This document shows positions 1-9,055 of a stretch of DNA of 64,000 nt, piece after piece (the stretch's first letter is position 1; every line of letters begins with the position of its first letter). The notes below the pieces were generated by a model. The model did not search any database. It was not told where the DNA came from and was given only the letters and a program-made list of their open reading frames with translations. The stretch comes from Gemmataceae bacterium. GTDB taxonomy: Bacteria; Planctomycetota; Planctomycetia; Gemmatales; Gemmataceae. The translations under genes and the position numbers were made by a program. Where the stretch lies: positions 785 through 64,784 of the forward strand of contig JAYTUG010000292.1 in assembly GCA_043744695.1 (NCBI GenBank). The letters run 5' to 3'.

Positions 1-1
1 G

Positions 2-307
2 AAGGGCCGTTACGAAATCGCGGTCGCTCCGGGGCAGCAGTTCCCGAACGATGCGATCATCAAGCTCGGCTTCAACGTGCTGCCGATACCCGACAAGCCC
101 GACCTCCATGAAGTCTCGTTCACTTCGGACGATCAGAGCATCGACACGGCGGTGAAGGCCATCGTCGACAAGGGACTGTCGCTACGCCATCTCGTCGAGA
201 AGAAGCAGACGCTAGAAGACGCCTTCCTGGCAACGGTCGAAGGTGCCGAACCGGGCGTGGACAAGAAGAAGCGCAAGCCGCGTGCGGTGGGAGGGAGCGA
301 CCGATGA
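2..307 (+). CDS. ABC transporter ATP-binding protein, C-terminal fragment (5' end outside window)
   Basis: Frame is open from the window edge to TGA 305-307. The tail (...SLRHLVEKKQTLEDAFLATV...) resembles the C-terminal regulatory region of ABC ATPases. Its stop overlaps the next gene's ATG (ATGA at 304-307). Confidence 0.55.
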   Translation, partial: KGRYEIAVAPGQQFPNDAIIKLGFNVLPIPDKPDLHEVSFTSDDQSIDTAVKAIVDKGLSLRHLVEKKQTLEDAFLATVEGAEPGVDKKKRKPRAVGGSDR

Positions 308-1755
308 GGCAGTTTCTCGCGATTCTGAAGGACTCCTTCCGCGAAGCCGTGGACGGCTTCGTCATCTACGTGATGATCGCCCTTTCGGCGCTGATCATCA
401 TTATCGTCGGCAGCATGTCGTACACGCCGTCCGCGCCGCCCGAGGCGATGGACAGCATCGTGAAAAACTTCAACCTCGTGTTCCCCGACAAGGGCCGGAG
501 TCGCGTCTTCACCGGCTCTTCAGACAGCTATAAGGCGAGCGACGTCCAGGTTGCCGGCAGCGGCTACAAATTGCGACTGGACATCGGCGCGAACACCTTC
601 GGGGCTCCACCCGCACCCGTTCCCACCGCTCCAGTACAAGGCGAGAAAGCAGTAGCAATTCCCAAGGCGAAGCAGGGCGATTCCTTCCGCCAGACCGTCG
701 CCTCGTGGAGCAAGCCCGCGAACAAACTCGGCGAAGCCGAGATCGACGGCACGAAGGGAAAGAACGACAACAAGCAGAAGGGCGGCGGCCGCAAGGTCGA
801 GTTCGGAACGCAGAACGCCACGACGGACGAGCAACTCGCGGTGACCGATACCCAGATGGAAGAGTTTCTCAAGAGCCAGTTCGGAGTTCACGCGGGCATG
901 GAGTCCACGATCAGTCGCATCAAGACAGGCGTCGACGAACCCAGCTATGCATTCGAAGTCGCGACCTCCGGCGGTTCGTCCGTTCGCGGTTGGCCGCACA
1001 CGGTCAAGATTTTCTTCGGGGCCGTGACTATCTCCCGCGACGCGCCGCTCGGTGCCGTACTCTGGGTCATCGAAGATCAGATCATCAATGGCCTCGGCTC
1101 GGCGATCGCGCTGCTCATCAGCATGATCATCACGTCGTTCTTCATCCCCAACATGCTCCGCAAAGGCAGCATCGACCTGCTCGTGTCGAAGCCGATCGGC
1201 CGTTCGCAACTGCTGATTTACAAGTACGTCGGCGGGCTCACGTTCATCTTCATTCTCTCGACGATCTCCATCGGCGGAGTCTGGCTCGCCATTGCCTTGC
1301 GGTCCGGCCACTGGGATCCGTCGTTCCTGGTCGTGATTCCCGTGCTCACCTTCACGTTCGCGATTCTCTACTCGGTCTCCACGCTCGTCGCGGTGTTCAC
1401 CCTCAGCCCGATTGCGGCCATGCTCATCTCGGTCGGCTTCGCGGTGTTCCTCTACATCGTCGGCCAGGTGAAGACGATCTTCGACCGCTTGAAAGTGGAA
1501 GCGTCGGACAACATTCCGGAGTGGGCGTTCACGCTGGTGGACACGATCAACAACGTGCTGCCGCGCTACAAGGACCTGGACAAGCTCACGAGCAAACTCA
1601 TCGGCGAAGGCACGTTGACGGCTGGCGAGAGCCGCATGTTCGGCATCGCTCAGATGGATTACCCATCCTGGACCGGCACCTTCGGCGTCTCGCTGATTTT
1701 CATTGCCATCATGCTGGCCCTCTCCTGTTGGCGTTTTAACAAGCGCGACTACTGA
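304..1755 (+). CDS. ABC-2-type transporter permease-like membrane protein with a large extracytoplasmic loop
   Basis: 483-aa ORF with an N-terminal TM helix (VIYVMIALSALIIIIVGS), a ~220-aa hydrophilic loop and a C-terminal block of several TM helices. Translationally coupled to the upstream ATPase fragment. Confidence 0.6.
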   Translation: MRQFLAILKDSFREAVDGFVIYVMIALSALIIIIVGSMSYTPSAPPEAMDSIVKNFNLVFPDKGRSRVFTGSSDSYKASDVQVAGSGYKLRLDIGANTFGAPPAPVPTAPVQGEKAVAIPKAKQGDSFRQTVASWSKPANKLGEAEIDGTKGKNDNKQKGGGRKVEFGTQNATTDEQLAVTDTQMEEFLKSQFGVHAGMESTISRIKTGVDEPSYAFEVATSGGSSVRGWPHTVKIFFGAVTISRDAPLGAVLWVIEDQIINGLGSAIALLISMIITSFFIPNMLRKGSIDLLVSKPIGRSQLLIYKYVGGLTFIFILSTISIGGVWLAIALRSGHWDPSFLVVIPVLTFTFAILYSVSTLVAVFTLSPIAAMLISVGFAVFLYIVGQVKTIFDRLKVEASDNIPEWAFTLVDTINNVLPRYKDLDKLTSKLIGEGTLTAGESRMFGIAQMDYPSWTGTFGVSLIFIAIMLALSCWRFNKRDY

Positions 1756-2434
1756 GCCGTTCGCCTTCTAATTCCCCGAAGCGCGACTCGTCGATGCGTT
1801 CGAACCGAACTCGGTCGCCGACGCGCAAGGGGAAGAATCCGTCCTTCACATCGACGATGGTCAGCGGGGTGCGGCCGATGAGGTTCCAACCTCCCGGCCG
1901 CGCCAGTGGATAGATTCCCGTCTGCCGGCCCGTCAGGCCCACGCATCCCGGTTCCACCTTCAACCGCGGCGAGTCGAGCCGCGGCACCCCGCACAGTTCA
2001 GCCGGCAAGTAACCCAGGTACGGGAATCCCGGCACGAAGCCGATCGCGTACACCGTGTACTCGATCGAAGTGTGCAACCGGATGACATCATCGGCGGCGA
2101 GATCGGTGTACTCGCAGACGCGGGGCATATCGAGCGGGAAGTCGTAACAGACGGGGATGGTGGCATACCGATTAGCCGCGACGCGGAGTCCTCGGAGCGG
2201 AGCGCTCCGCACCTGTTCAAGCCACGCGATCACTTCGGCCAACGCGATGGCATCGGCATCGAAGAAGACGCCGACACTGGCATAGGCCGGAACCACGTCC
2301 TGAAGCCACGGCGGATTCGCCGCGCGAAGTGCCTCCGCGAAGCGCACTGCCTCGGCTTCGTCGGCGAAGTATGCGAGTACGGCTTGATCGCCGAGCGGAA
2401 CGAATCGCGAACCCGCAAGCGGGTCAGCGGTCAT
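1736..2434 (-). CDS. pxpB: 5-oxoprolinase subunit B / KipI-type (allophanate hydrolase subunit 1) homolog
   Basis: Typical PxpB/KipI motifs: IPVCYD, YTVYAIGFVPGFPYLG, LDSPRLKVEPGCVGLTGRQTGIYPLARPGGWNLIGRTP. I prefer the ATG at 2434 (MTADPL) because it forms an ATGA overlap with the stop of the upstream gene. The track ORF starts at 2452. Confidence 0.8.
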   Translation of the reverse strand: MTADPLAGSRFVPLGDQAVLAYFADEAEAVRFAEALRAANPPWLQDVVPAYASVGVFFDADAIALAEVIAWLEQVRSAPLRGLRVAANRYATIPVCYDFPLDMPRVCEYTDLAADDVIRLHTSIEYTVYAIGFVPGFPYLGYLPAELCGVPRLDSPRLKVEPGCVGLTGRQTGIYPLARPGGWNLIGRTPLTIVDVKDGFFPLRVGDRVRFERIDESRFGELEGERLSSRAC

Positions 2435-3450
2435 TTGATCATCGTCCACCATGTGGCGAGCACCTTCGCGACCTCGGCCATCTGATCACCCGAGATCTTA
2501 TCGGGCGTGTCCGTGAGCTTATGCCAGTGCGGGTACTCGAAGTCGATGATGTCCGCGGTCGGGATCTCGGCGCGGTTCAACGCGATGTGATCGTCGAGCA
2601 CTTCCGGTCCCGGCACCCACTTGAACGACTTCGCGCCGATGCCCTGGGCCACGCCCCAGATTTGTTCGCACACCTTCGGTGCCGCCGCATACGAGTATTG
2701 CTCCACCTTCAGTACCGTTCCCTTGGCGTGGCAGAGGTCGAGAAGCGCCCCGGCTTCGTACTTGAACTTGCGCGAATTCTTGGTCTTCGTGTAGTCCGCG
2801 GCGAAGTGTTCGGAGCCGAAGAAGTATTTGTCGCTGCCGAACTGGCCCGTCTCGAAGACGTATTCCTCGCCGTCGAAGAGTACGAAATCGACGCCGACTT
2901 CGCTCTTGAGCCCCTTCATGTGGTGGCCGAGTTCCATCATCATGGCCACGCCGCTGGCCCCGTCGTTGGCACTCACGAATGGCTTGTTCCAGTTGCGGCG
3001 ATTCTCTTCCTGATCGGCGATGGGTCGCGTGTCGCAGTGGGCGCAAATCAAGATGCGGCGTTCCTTCTCGGGATGCCACGAGATCACGAAGTTCGTCATG
3101 TCCGTGTTGGCTTTGCGGCTCACCTGCCGGGCCTTGAACTCTTGTCGCGTCACCGTCGCGCCCAGATCCTTGAAGTGCTGCTCGACGATCTCCTGCTGCT
3201 TCTTCATGCCGTCGGAGCCGCTGATACGCGGGCCGATGTCGCAGAGTTGCTTGAGGTACTTGAGCGAACGTTCGGAGTCGAACTTCAGGTCCACCGGGGC
3301 GACGACCTTCGCCGTCGCATCTTCGGCGAACTCGGTCTTCTTGGGCAGATCGGTGCCCGAGGATTCCGCAGTGGTGGGCAGGCAACCGGGGCTCGCGGAC
3401 ACGCCTGCCGCCACGACTGCCGCACCGACCGAGCGTTTGAATGGATTCAT
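2431..3450 (-). CDS. M28-family glutaminyl-peptide cyclotransferase-like protein (secreted)
   Basis: Start taken at MNPFKRS (signal-like, SPGC lipobox-like). Motifs match bacterial type-II glutaminyl cyclase / M28 zinc sites: LICAHCDTRP, SANDGASGVAMMMELGH, VLFDGEEY, LDDHIALNRAEIPTADIIDFEYPHWHKLTD. Confidence 0.7.
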   Translation of the reverse strand: MNPFKRSVGAAVVAAGVSASPGCLPTTAESSGTDLPKKTEFAEDATAKVVAPVDLKFDSERSLKYLKQLCDIGPRISGSDGMKKQQEIVEQHFKDLGATVTRQEFKARQVSRKANTDMTNFVISWHPEKERRILICAHCDTRPIADQEENRRNWNKPFVSANDGASGVAMMMELGHHMKGLKSEVGVDFVLFDGEEYVFETGQFGSDKYFFGSEHFAADYTKTKNSRKFKYEAGALLDLCHAKGTVLKVEQYSYAAAPKVCEQIWGVAQGIGAKSFKWVPGPEVLDDHIALNRAEIPTADIIDFEYPHWHKLTDTPDKISGDQMAEVAKVLATWWTMIK

Positions 3451-4120
3451 CGTGAAGCCTCCTTCGAACGAATCGCGAAGCCGCGAGCGGCTCGGAAAAC
3501 CACCGACCTTGCACATCTTAACGGTTCTTCCGCCGCGGATCGAGCCGGAGCGCGGGAACTGGCCAGATTGTAAATCTTCCCCTGTTCATCGGGCACATCA
3601 GGCGGCATAAGCCCCCCCTCACTCAAGCAGTCGGCAGATGCGAATGCGGCACCCGTTGGGGAACGGTGGCCGCGACGAACTCGCACCTTGCCGTTCTCGC
3701 CATGCTTCTCCGGCTCGTGCCGACGGAGCGGACTGCGGTCCGCCGTTCGGCAATTGGGGCAACCGGGGCAAGCCGAGTGAGCCGCCGGTGGAATCGTTAC
3801 AGGTCCACCGCGTCGGAGGCCGATAAGTGCCTGGGGTCGGTGCCGGCGTTCCCGCCCGGCGCCTCGGGGGAGACAGGCGAGCCGTTGGGTTTTCGTTCTG
3901 GAGGGCAGCCGCTTTCTCGGATCAACCGCTGCAGACCGAACGCGACCGGCGGGGGAAGCCGACGCGGACGCTACAGCGAGCGAACCGAGACTTCAGATGC
4001 GGCTGTCGAACCGGGTGCCCGTGGGGGAAGTCGGTGGCCGAGAGCGGGGCAACCCAACCTCGGTGCTGGCGATGCGGGACATTGCGAAGGGCGGCTCGCC
4101 CGATCAGGGAGGATTGAAAC

Positions 4121-4897
4121 GTGACCCATGTCGAGATGGATATTCAGCAGGTGTGGGTGGAGTACCGCGATCGGCCGACCGTCGAGATGCGCAATCGTCT
4201 CGTCGAAAAATTCCTGCCGCTCGTGAAGTACAACGCCGAACGCATCTGGGCCCGCTTACCGGATGGCGTCGAACTCGACGATCTCATCTCGGCCGGCGTG
4301 TTCGGGCTGATGGACGCGATCGATGCTTTCGACCTGACCCGCTGCGTGAAGTTCGAGACCTACTGCGTGCCGCGAATCCGCGGGGCCATGCTGGACGAAC
4401 TTCGAACCATGGACTGGGTGCCGCGGCTGGTCCGCTCGAAATCGAGCAAGATGGAAGCCGCCCGCAAGCAACTCGAAGCCACTCTGGGTCGCCCGCCCCG
4501 CCGTGAGGAACTCGCCGAGAAGCTCGGCGTTCCGGTCGAACAGATCGACGACTACGTCGGCGAAGCCACTGCCGTCAATCTCGTGAGCTTGAACAAGAAG
4601 TGGTACGAAACGGACAGCTACAAGGATGTGCGCGAGATCGACATCCTCGAAGATAAGAAGGCCGAGGATCCGACGCAGAAGATGCAGAACCGCGACCTGA
4701 TGCGGCTCGTGACGCGCGGCCTGAATCGCAACGAACGGCTCATCGTCATCCTCTACTACTACGAGGAGATGACGATGAAGGAGATCGGGGCGACGTTGAA
4801 CCTGAGCGAGAGCCGCGTGAGCCAGATGCATTCGAGCATCGTGCAGCGATTGCAGAATCACCTCTCCAAGCGGAAGATCGAGTTCGACAACGATTGA
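4121..4897 (+). CDS. fliA: FliA/WhiG-family RNA polymerase sigma factor (sigma-28)
   Basis: 258 aa with a GTG start preceded by GGGAGG. Region 2 (DDLISAGVFGLMDAIDAFD, YCVPRIRGAMLDELR), region 3 and region 4 HTH (MTMKEIGATLNLSESRVSQMHSSIV) are typical of FliA. Confidence 0.85.
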   Translation: MTHVEMDIQQVWVEYRDRPTVEMRNRLVEKFLPLVKYNAERIWARLPDGVELDDLISAGVFGLMDAIDAFDLTRCVKFETYCVPRIRGAMLDELRTMDWVPRLVRSKSSKMEAARKQLEATLGRPPRREELAEKLGVPVEQIDDYVGEATAVNLVSLNKKWYETDSYKDVREIDILEDKKAEDPTQKMQNRDLMRLVTRGLNRNERLIVILYYYEEMTMKEIGATLNLSESRVSQMHSSIVQRLQNHLSKRKIEFDND

Positions 4898-4935
4898 ATG
4901 TTCGGGGTGGCACCGGCTTCCAGCCGGTGCTTCCA

Positions 4936-6834
4936 CTACCCTTCAAAAGCTGCTTTCCAACTCGGCAGCAAACCCGAGCACCAGAAGTAGATTGCGAAGC
5001 CAGCAGCATCGGCGTGCCAACGGAGCCACCATCGGTTCGTCTTGGCCGCGAGAACGGCGAGAGGCATCGCCGGCAGAAACCCCGCCAGATAACTCCAGGC
5101 CATCACGTACCCCGTCGCCGTGCAGAGCCGGTAGTAACCGTAGCAAAGTCCGAGGAAGGCCAGTATTGCGATGCCGGACGCGAGACGGCGGCGCAGACTC
5201 CACGGTTGCAATCCGGCCCAGATGCAAACCAGAAGCAAGAGTCGAAACGCGACGTATAAACTCGCCGGCCAAGTGAGCACGAAAGAATCCGCCCAGTGGC
5301 CGAATATCGTGGTCCCGAGCAGGCCGAGCGTAAAGGCCGTACTCGGGAACGCGGCGCGGGTCCAACGCACGCGATGCTTCAAGACCAGCGCAAGGAGTAC
5401 CGAGGCGATCCACGCCGGCGCGAAGACTCCGCCGAGACACCACCAGAACCATCGGCTTACATCTTCCGCCGTCGGTTCATCGTGAGGGAACTCCGGCTCG
5501 CGGCCGAGCAACCGCGACCAGTCGAACTGATTCTCATTGACCGAACTGCGAACGATCGGGCGGTGAGGGTCGAGTGCCGCCTCGGGGCCGAGAAACAAGC
5601 AAGCCATCCTGGCGGGATTCCGAACGAACAGTTTGCCGCGCCAGAGCGCGGGCGGCGTCCAGCAGAGGCCGCCATCGAGGATCTTCGCCCGGGCCAGTTC
5701 CTCGTAGGCTGTAGAAGTTTCACGAGCGAGAAGCACGGTGCCGGTGTCGTTCCACAAAATCAATTTGCCGTCGGCCACCAGCACGCAAGCCTGGCCCGTT
5801 TCCTCGGTTTCCCACTTCGTGGTGCCCGCGAGGAAATCGAGGCACTTGAACGCGCCGCGCGAGCCCCGGTGCGGGCTCGATTGCAATTGCTGCAGGTCGA
5901 AGCCGTAGACGTGCCCCTTCACGAGGACGCTGGAACAAACGTCGTTGGACAGTTTCTTGCCGGTCCAGATCGTCTTCGCCGAGATGCGACCTTCGACGTC
6001 ATCGAGTTTGTAAAGTTGTGCGCCGCCGCGGAACGGTGCCGCGAACAGGAGGTGCGGCTCGGCGTAGAGCGGCCACGCGGAGTGTTCGTCGTAATGGCTC
6101 GAAAGGGATTGCCGCCAGACGCGTTCGCCGCTGACCGCGTCGTGGAGCGCAATGCTGTTTTGGAGGAATGCGACGATCAACCGCCGACCGCGAAGCGAGA
6201 TCGGATAGGCGGGGCAGTAACTGGCCGGATCGCTGCCGGCGGTCCACGCCGTGGTGCCATTCCCAGCGTCGAGCGCAACGAGGCTGGCGGCTTCACCGCC
6301 CACGGGAAGAATCACGCGGCCGCCTTCTACCAAAGGGGTTGCTGCATATCCGAAATCGACGCCCCGCATGCCGAACTTCTTCCGTAAGTCCACGGACCAA
6401 ATCTCGCGGCCGTCCTTCGCGGAGAGGCAGCCAGCTTCGCCCATCGGGGTCGTGTAGTAGAGCCGATCCTCGTGCCACGTGGGAGTCGCGTAGGGGCCGG
6501 GATAAGCCCCGGCCGGTTGCCACGGCAACCCAACCCTTTGCCGCCACACCTCCTCGCCGGTGTCGGGATCGAGAGCCAGCACGAACTGCCCGGTCTTCGT
6601 CTGATACTGCGTGAAGAGCCGGCCGTTTGCGATGACGAATCCGGAATAGCCCGGGCCGAGGTCGCGGGTCCAGAGGACGGGAGGTCCGCCGACCGGCCAG
6701 GCGTTGACGAGGCCGGTCTCGGCTGAGTGGCCGTCGTAGTTCGGCCCGCGGACGTGCGGCCAGTCCGGTTGGGCGCGGGCGGTTCCCGAGCCGAGCGCGA
6801 AGATCAGGGCGAATCCGAGGGCCGCGCGATGCAT
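4936..6834 (-). CDS. PQQ-like beta-propeller (BamB-like) repeat protein fused to a C-terminal polytopic membrane domain
   Basis: Signal peptide (MHRAALGFALIFALGSGTARA) and repeated W/G-rich propeller blades (VLWTRDLGPGYSG, EEVWRQ, REIWSV, TTAWTA, ERVWRQ). The last ~190 aa contain about 6 hydrophobic helices. Confidence 0.75.
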   Translation of the reverse strand: MHRAALGFALIFALGSGTARAQPDWPHVRGPNYDGHSAETGLVNAWPVGGPPVLWTRDLGPGYSGFVIANGRLFTQYQTKTGQFVLALDPDTGEEVWRQRVGLPWQPAGAYPGPYATPTWHEDRLYYTTPMGEAGCLSAKDGREIWSVDLRKKFGMRGVDFGYAATPLVEGGRVILPVGGEAASLVALDAGNGTTAWTAGSDPASYCPAYPISLRGRRLIVAFLQNSIALHDAVSGERVWRQSLSSHYDEHSAWPLYAEPHLLFAAPFRGGAQLYKLDDVEGRISAKTIWTGKKLSNDVCSSVLVKGHVYGFDLQQLQSSPHRGSRGAFKCLDFLAGTTKWETEETGQACVLVADGKLILWNDTGTVLLARETSTAYEELARAKILDGGLCWTPPALWRGKLFVRNPARMACLFLGPEAALDPHRPIVRSSVNENQFDWSRLLGREPEFPHDEPTAEDVSRWFWWCLGGVFAPAWIASVLLALVLKHRVRWTRAAFPSTAFTLGLLGTTIFGHWADSFVLTWPASLYVAFRLLLLVCIWAGLQPWSLRRRLASGIAILAFLGLCYGYYRLCTATGYVMAWSYLAGFLPAMPLAVLAAKTNRWWLRWHADAAGFAIYFWCSGLLPSWKAAFEG

Positions 6835-6943
6835 GAGCGAATGCTCGGTGTGTGGGAGGCTCCAGCATGAAGACGCCGGTCGAAGCGAACCTTTGCACCC
6901 GATCTCTCGACTCGCGGCCTGGAACGGGTTCCGCTAACATTTC

Positions 6944-8299
6944 TTGGCCGCGCGAGCTACACTGAGCCGATTCCTACACGCCGGAGACCCCGCCATCACG
7001 TCTCCACTCGAACCCGAACGCCCGACTCGCGCCCGGTTCGTCCTCGGGCTCTGGCTATGCGGAATGGCCGGAGTCTTGTACCTCGACCGAATCTGCTGGG
7101 GCCAGGCGAACAAGCCGATCCGCGACGAACTCGGGCTCTCGAATAGCCAGATGAGCCTCATCATGATGGCGTTCACACTGGCGTACGGCCTGTTTGAAAT
7201 TCCCACCGGGCGACTCGGCGACCGCTTCGGCTCGCGCGCCGTGCTCACCCGCATCGTACTCTGGTGGTCCGCGTTCACGGCACTTACCGGGGCCGGCACC
7301 GGCTTCGTGGGCCTGATCGCGATTCGGTTCCTGTTCGGTGCGGGCGAAGCGGGTGCGTTCCCGAATGCGGCCCGCGTGATCGCCCGCTGGTTCCCGCTCG
7401 GCGAACGCGGTCGCGCTCAAGGCCTGATGCTGACGGCCGCACAAGTTGGAGGCACCGCCTCACCGGCCCTGGCCGGATTCCTCATTGAAGTGGTGGGATG
7501 GCGCTGGACCTTCGTTCTCTTCGGGCTCGTCGGCGTCTTCTGGGCGATCGGCTTCTGGCTCTGGTTCCGCGACGATCCGGGAACTCATCCGAGTGTGAAT
7601 GCTGCCGAACTCGAGGCGATCCAACGCGACAGCGGACCCACCACCATCGATCCCGGTCCCGTGCCGTGGACCAAGATGCTCGCGAATCGCGGCATCCTCA
7701 CGCTCAGTACCTTGATGATACTCGGTGCGTTCTTCACCTACTTCTTCTATTCGTGGTTTCAAACTTACCTCGGCGATGCCCGTGGGATCGCGAACATCGG
7801 TTCGAGTTGGCTGGCCTCGCTGGTGCTGGGCGGGTCCGCGGTGGGCGTCTTTCTCGGCGGATTCGCGGCCGATGCGATCACGCATCGCGCCGCCGATCCC
7901 GTGCGCTTCCGGCGCTACCTGGGCGTGGTTTGCTACCTCACGGCGGCAGTGTGCCTGTATCTGGGCGTGCGCTGCGACGATGCGGTCGCGGTGGCCGGGT
8001 TCTTCTCGGCTTCCGTTTGTGCCATGCACATCACGCTTCCGAACTGGTGGTCGGTCGCGATCCCGCAGTGCGGCCGGCACGTCGGTGCGATCTTCGGATT
8101 CATGAACGGGATCGGCGTGTTCGGCGCGATGGCCTCGCAGGGGTTCGTCGGCCTCTTCGCGGACTGGCAAAAGGAACGCGGGCTCTCGGGCCGCGAACAG
8201 TGGGATCCGCTTTTCGACGTGTATGTGTTGGTGCTCCTCGCGGCAGCCGGAGTCTGGTGGCTCTATCGCTTCACGCCACTGGAGGACGGGGAAGCTTGA
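6944..8299 (+). CDS. MFS transporter (anion:cation symporter-like)
   Basis: 451 aa with 12-TM-like hydropathy and an MFS signature around GRLGDRFGSRAVL and FLFGAGEAGAFPNAARVIARWFP. The start is uncertain (TTG at 6944 in the track). Confidence 0.85.
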   Translation: MAARATLSRFLHAGDPAITSPLEPERPTRARFVLGLWLCGMAGVLYLDRICWGQANKPIRDELGLSNSQMSLIMMAFTLAYGLFEIPTGRLGDRFGSRAVLTRIVLWWSAFTALTGAGTGFVGLIAIRFLFGAGEAGAFPNAARVIARWFPLGERGRAQGLMLTAAQVGGTASPALAGFLIEVVGWRWTFVLFGLVGVFWAIGFWLWFRDDPGTHPSVNAAELEAIQRDSGPTTIDPGPVPWTKMLANRGILTLSTLMILGAFFTYFFYSWFQTYLGDARGIANIGSSWLASLVLGGSAVGVFLGGFAADAITHRAADPVRFRRYLGVVCYLTAAVCLYLGVRCDDAVAVAGFFSASVCAMHITLPNWWSVAIPQCGRHVGAIFGFMNGIGVFGAMASQGFVGLFADWQKERGLSGREQWDPLFDVYVLVLLAAAGVWWLYRFTPLEDGEA

Positions 8300-8555
8300 G
8301 GTGTGTTGCATCTCGAACCTCCCCTGAATTCTCTCACCCGCTACACTTCCATTATGAGTACTGCTACAGCCAAGACTCCCCCGGCTTACGGCAAGCTCGG
8401 CGGGACTTACACGCAGCTCGACCTGGAGTCGCTTGGCTGCGCCGACGCCGTCGAGGTAATGGGCTTCATCGTAGATCCAGTGACGGAGAAAGAGTTCCTC
8501 ATCACGGGACAGTTTCATCGGGAGGTGCTTGCTCGGCAAAGGTGTAGGAACCTCT

Positions 8556-8987
8556 TCAAGGGTCGTAACACGACGCCCACTGCGTAGCGAGTAGCTGCCA
8601 TCTCGAATTCGGATTGGTCGCCACTTTCTCGACAGGCGTAGGAATCGGATCGAATCCAGCCGGGCAGAACCAGAGTTGGGGAGAGGGATTGTCCAGGATT
8701 GAGTAGAAAACGACTACGAAGCATTCATCTATCTTGACCGTCCGCTTGGCCCCCTTGTCGATCAAAAACTGAGGGATGGCGTAACCGCGGCCTTCGACTT
8801 GCAACACTTCTCCGGCCTCCAGGCATCGACCGTATTCCTGCAACTCGCGTTTGTAGTGCGGATAGATCCTCTCCGGATGCTCGTGCATTCGCTGGTGGTG
8901 AAGCCAGTTCAACGGAAGTCCGCAGCAGCACAGGCACAAGGCAAGTAGAAGCAAGGCAATTCGCAGGATGCGCTTTCTCCGTTGCAT
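8556..8987 (-). CDS. hypothetical membrane-anchored protein (orphan, lower G+C)
   Basis: Start taken at MQRRKRILRIALLLLALCLCCCG (basic N-terminus plus TM). Composition is visibly AT-richer than the flanks. No recognisable domain. Confidence 0.45.
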   Translation of the reverse strand: MQRRKRILRIALLLLALCLCCCGLPLNWLHHQRMHEHPERIYPHYKRELQEYGRCLEAGEVLQVEGRGYAIPQFLIDKGAKRTVKIDECFVVVFYSILDNPSPQLWFCPAGFDPIPTPVEKVATNPNSRWQLLATQWASCYDP

Positions 8988-9055
8988 CTGAGTCTCCCTC
9001 TCGACATGGTCCGTGCTGCACTTCATGAATTCAGAGGGGATGATACATTGATCTC

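Noticed and set aside
520-1311. 263-aa minus-strand ORF (and the similar 705..1739 plus-strand off-frame ORF) inside the ABC-2 permease gene
   Set aside because: Arg/Asp/Gly-rich, no motifs, fully nested in a gene with clear TM architecture. Typical high-G+C shadow ORF.
2329-3573. 414-aa plus-strand ORF across pxpB and the M28/QC gene
   Set aside because: It lies antisense to two genes with strong family motifs, and its composition is Arg/Leu/Ala shadow-like.
3666-4124. 152-aa ORF in the gap upstream of fliA (plus 3638..3826, 3827..4117 and 3997..4506)
   Set aside because: Extremely Arg/Gly/Ala/Ser-rich with no hydrophobic core pattern and several mutually overlapping frames open. This is the expected shadow of a very G+C-rich non-coding region.
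7460-8539. 359-aa minus-strand ORF whose first ~50 residues look genuine
   Set aside because: About 80% of it is antisense to the well-supported MFS gene, so it cannot be a real 359-aa protein. Only its 5' end may be a gene remnant (see the finding at 8300-9030). The competing plus-strand ORF 8303..8587 has no RBS or motif either.
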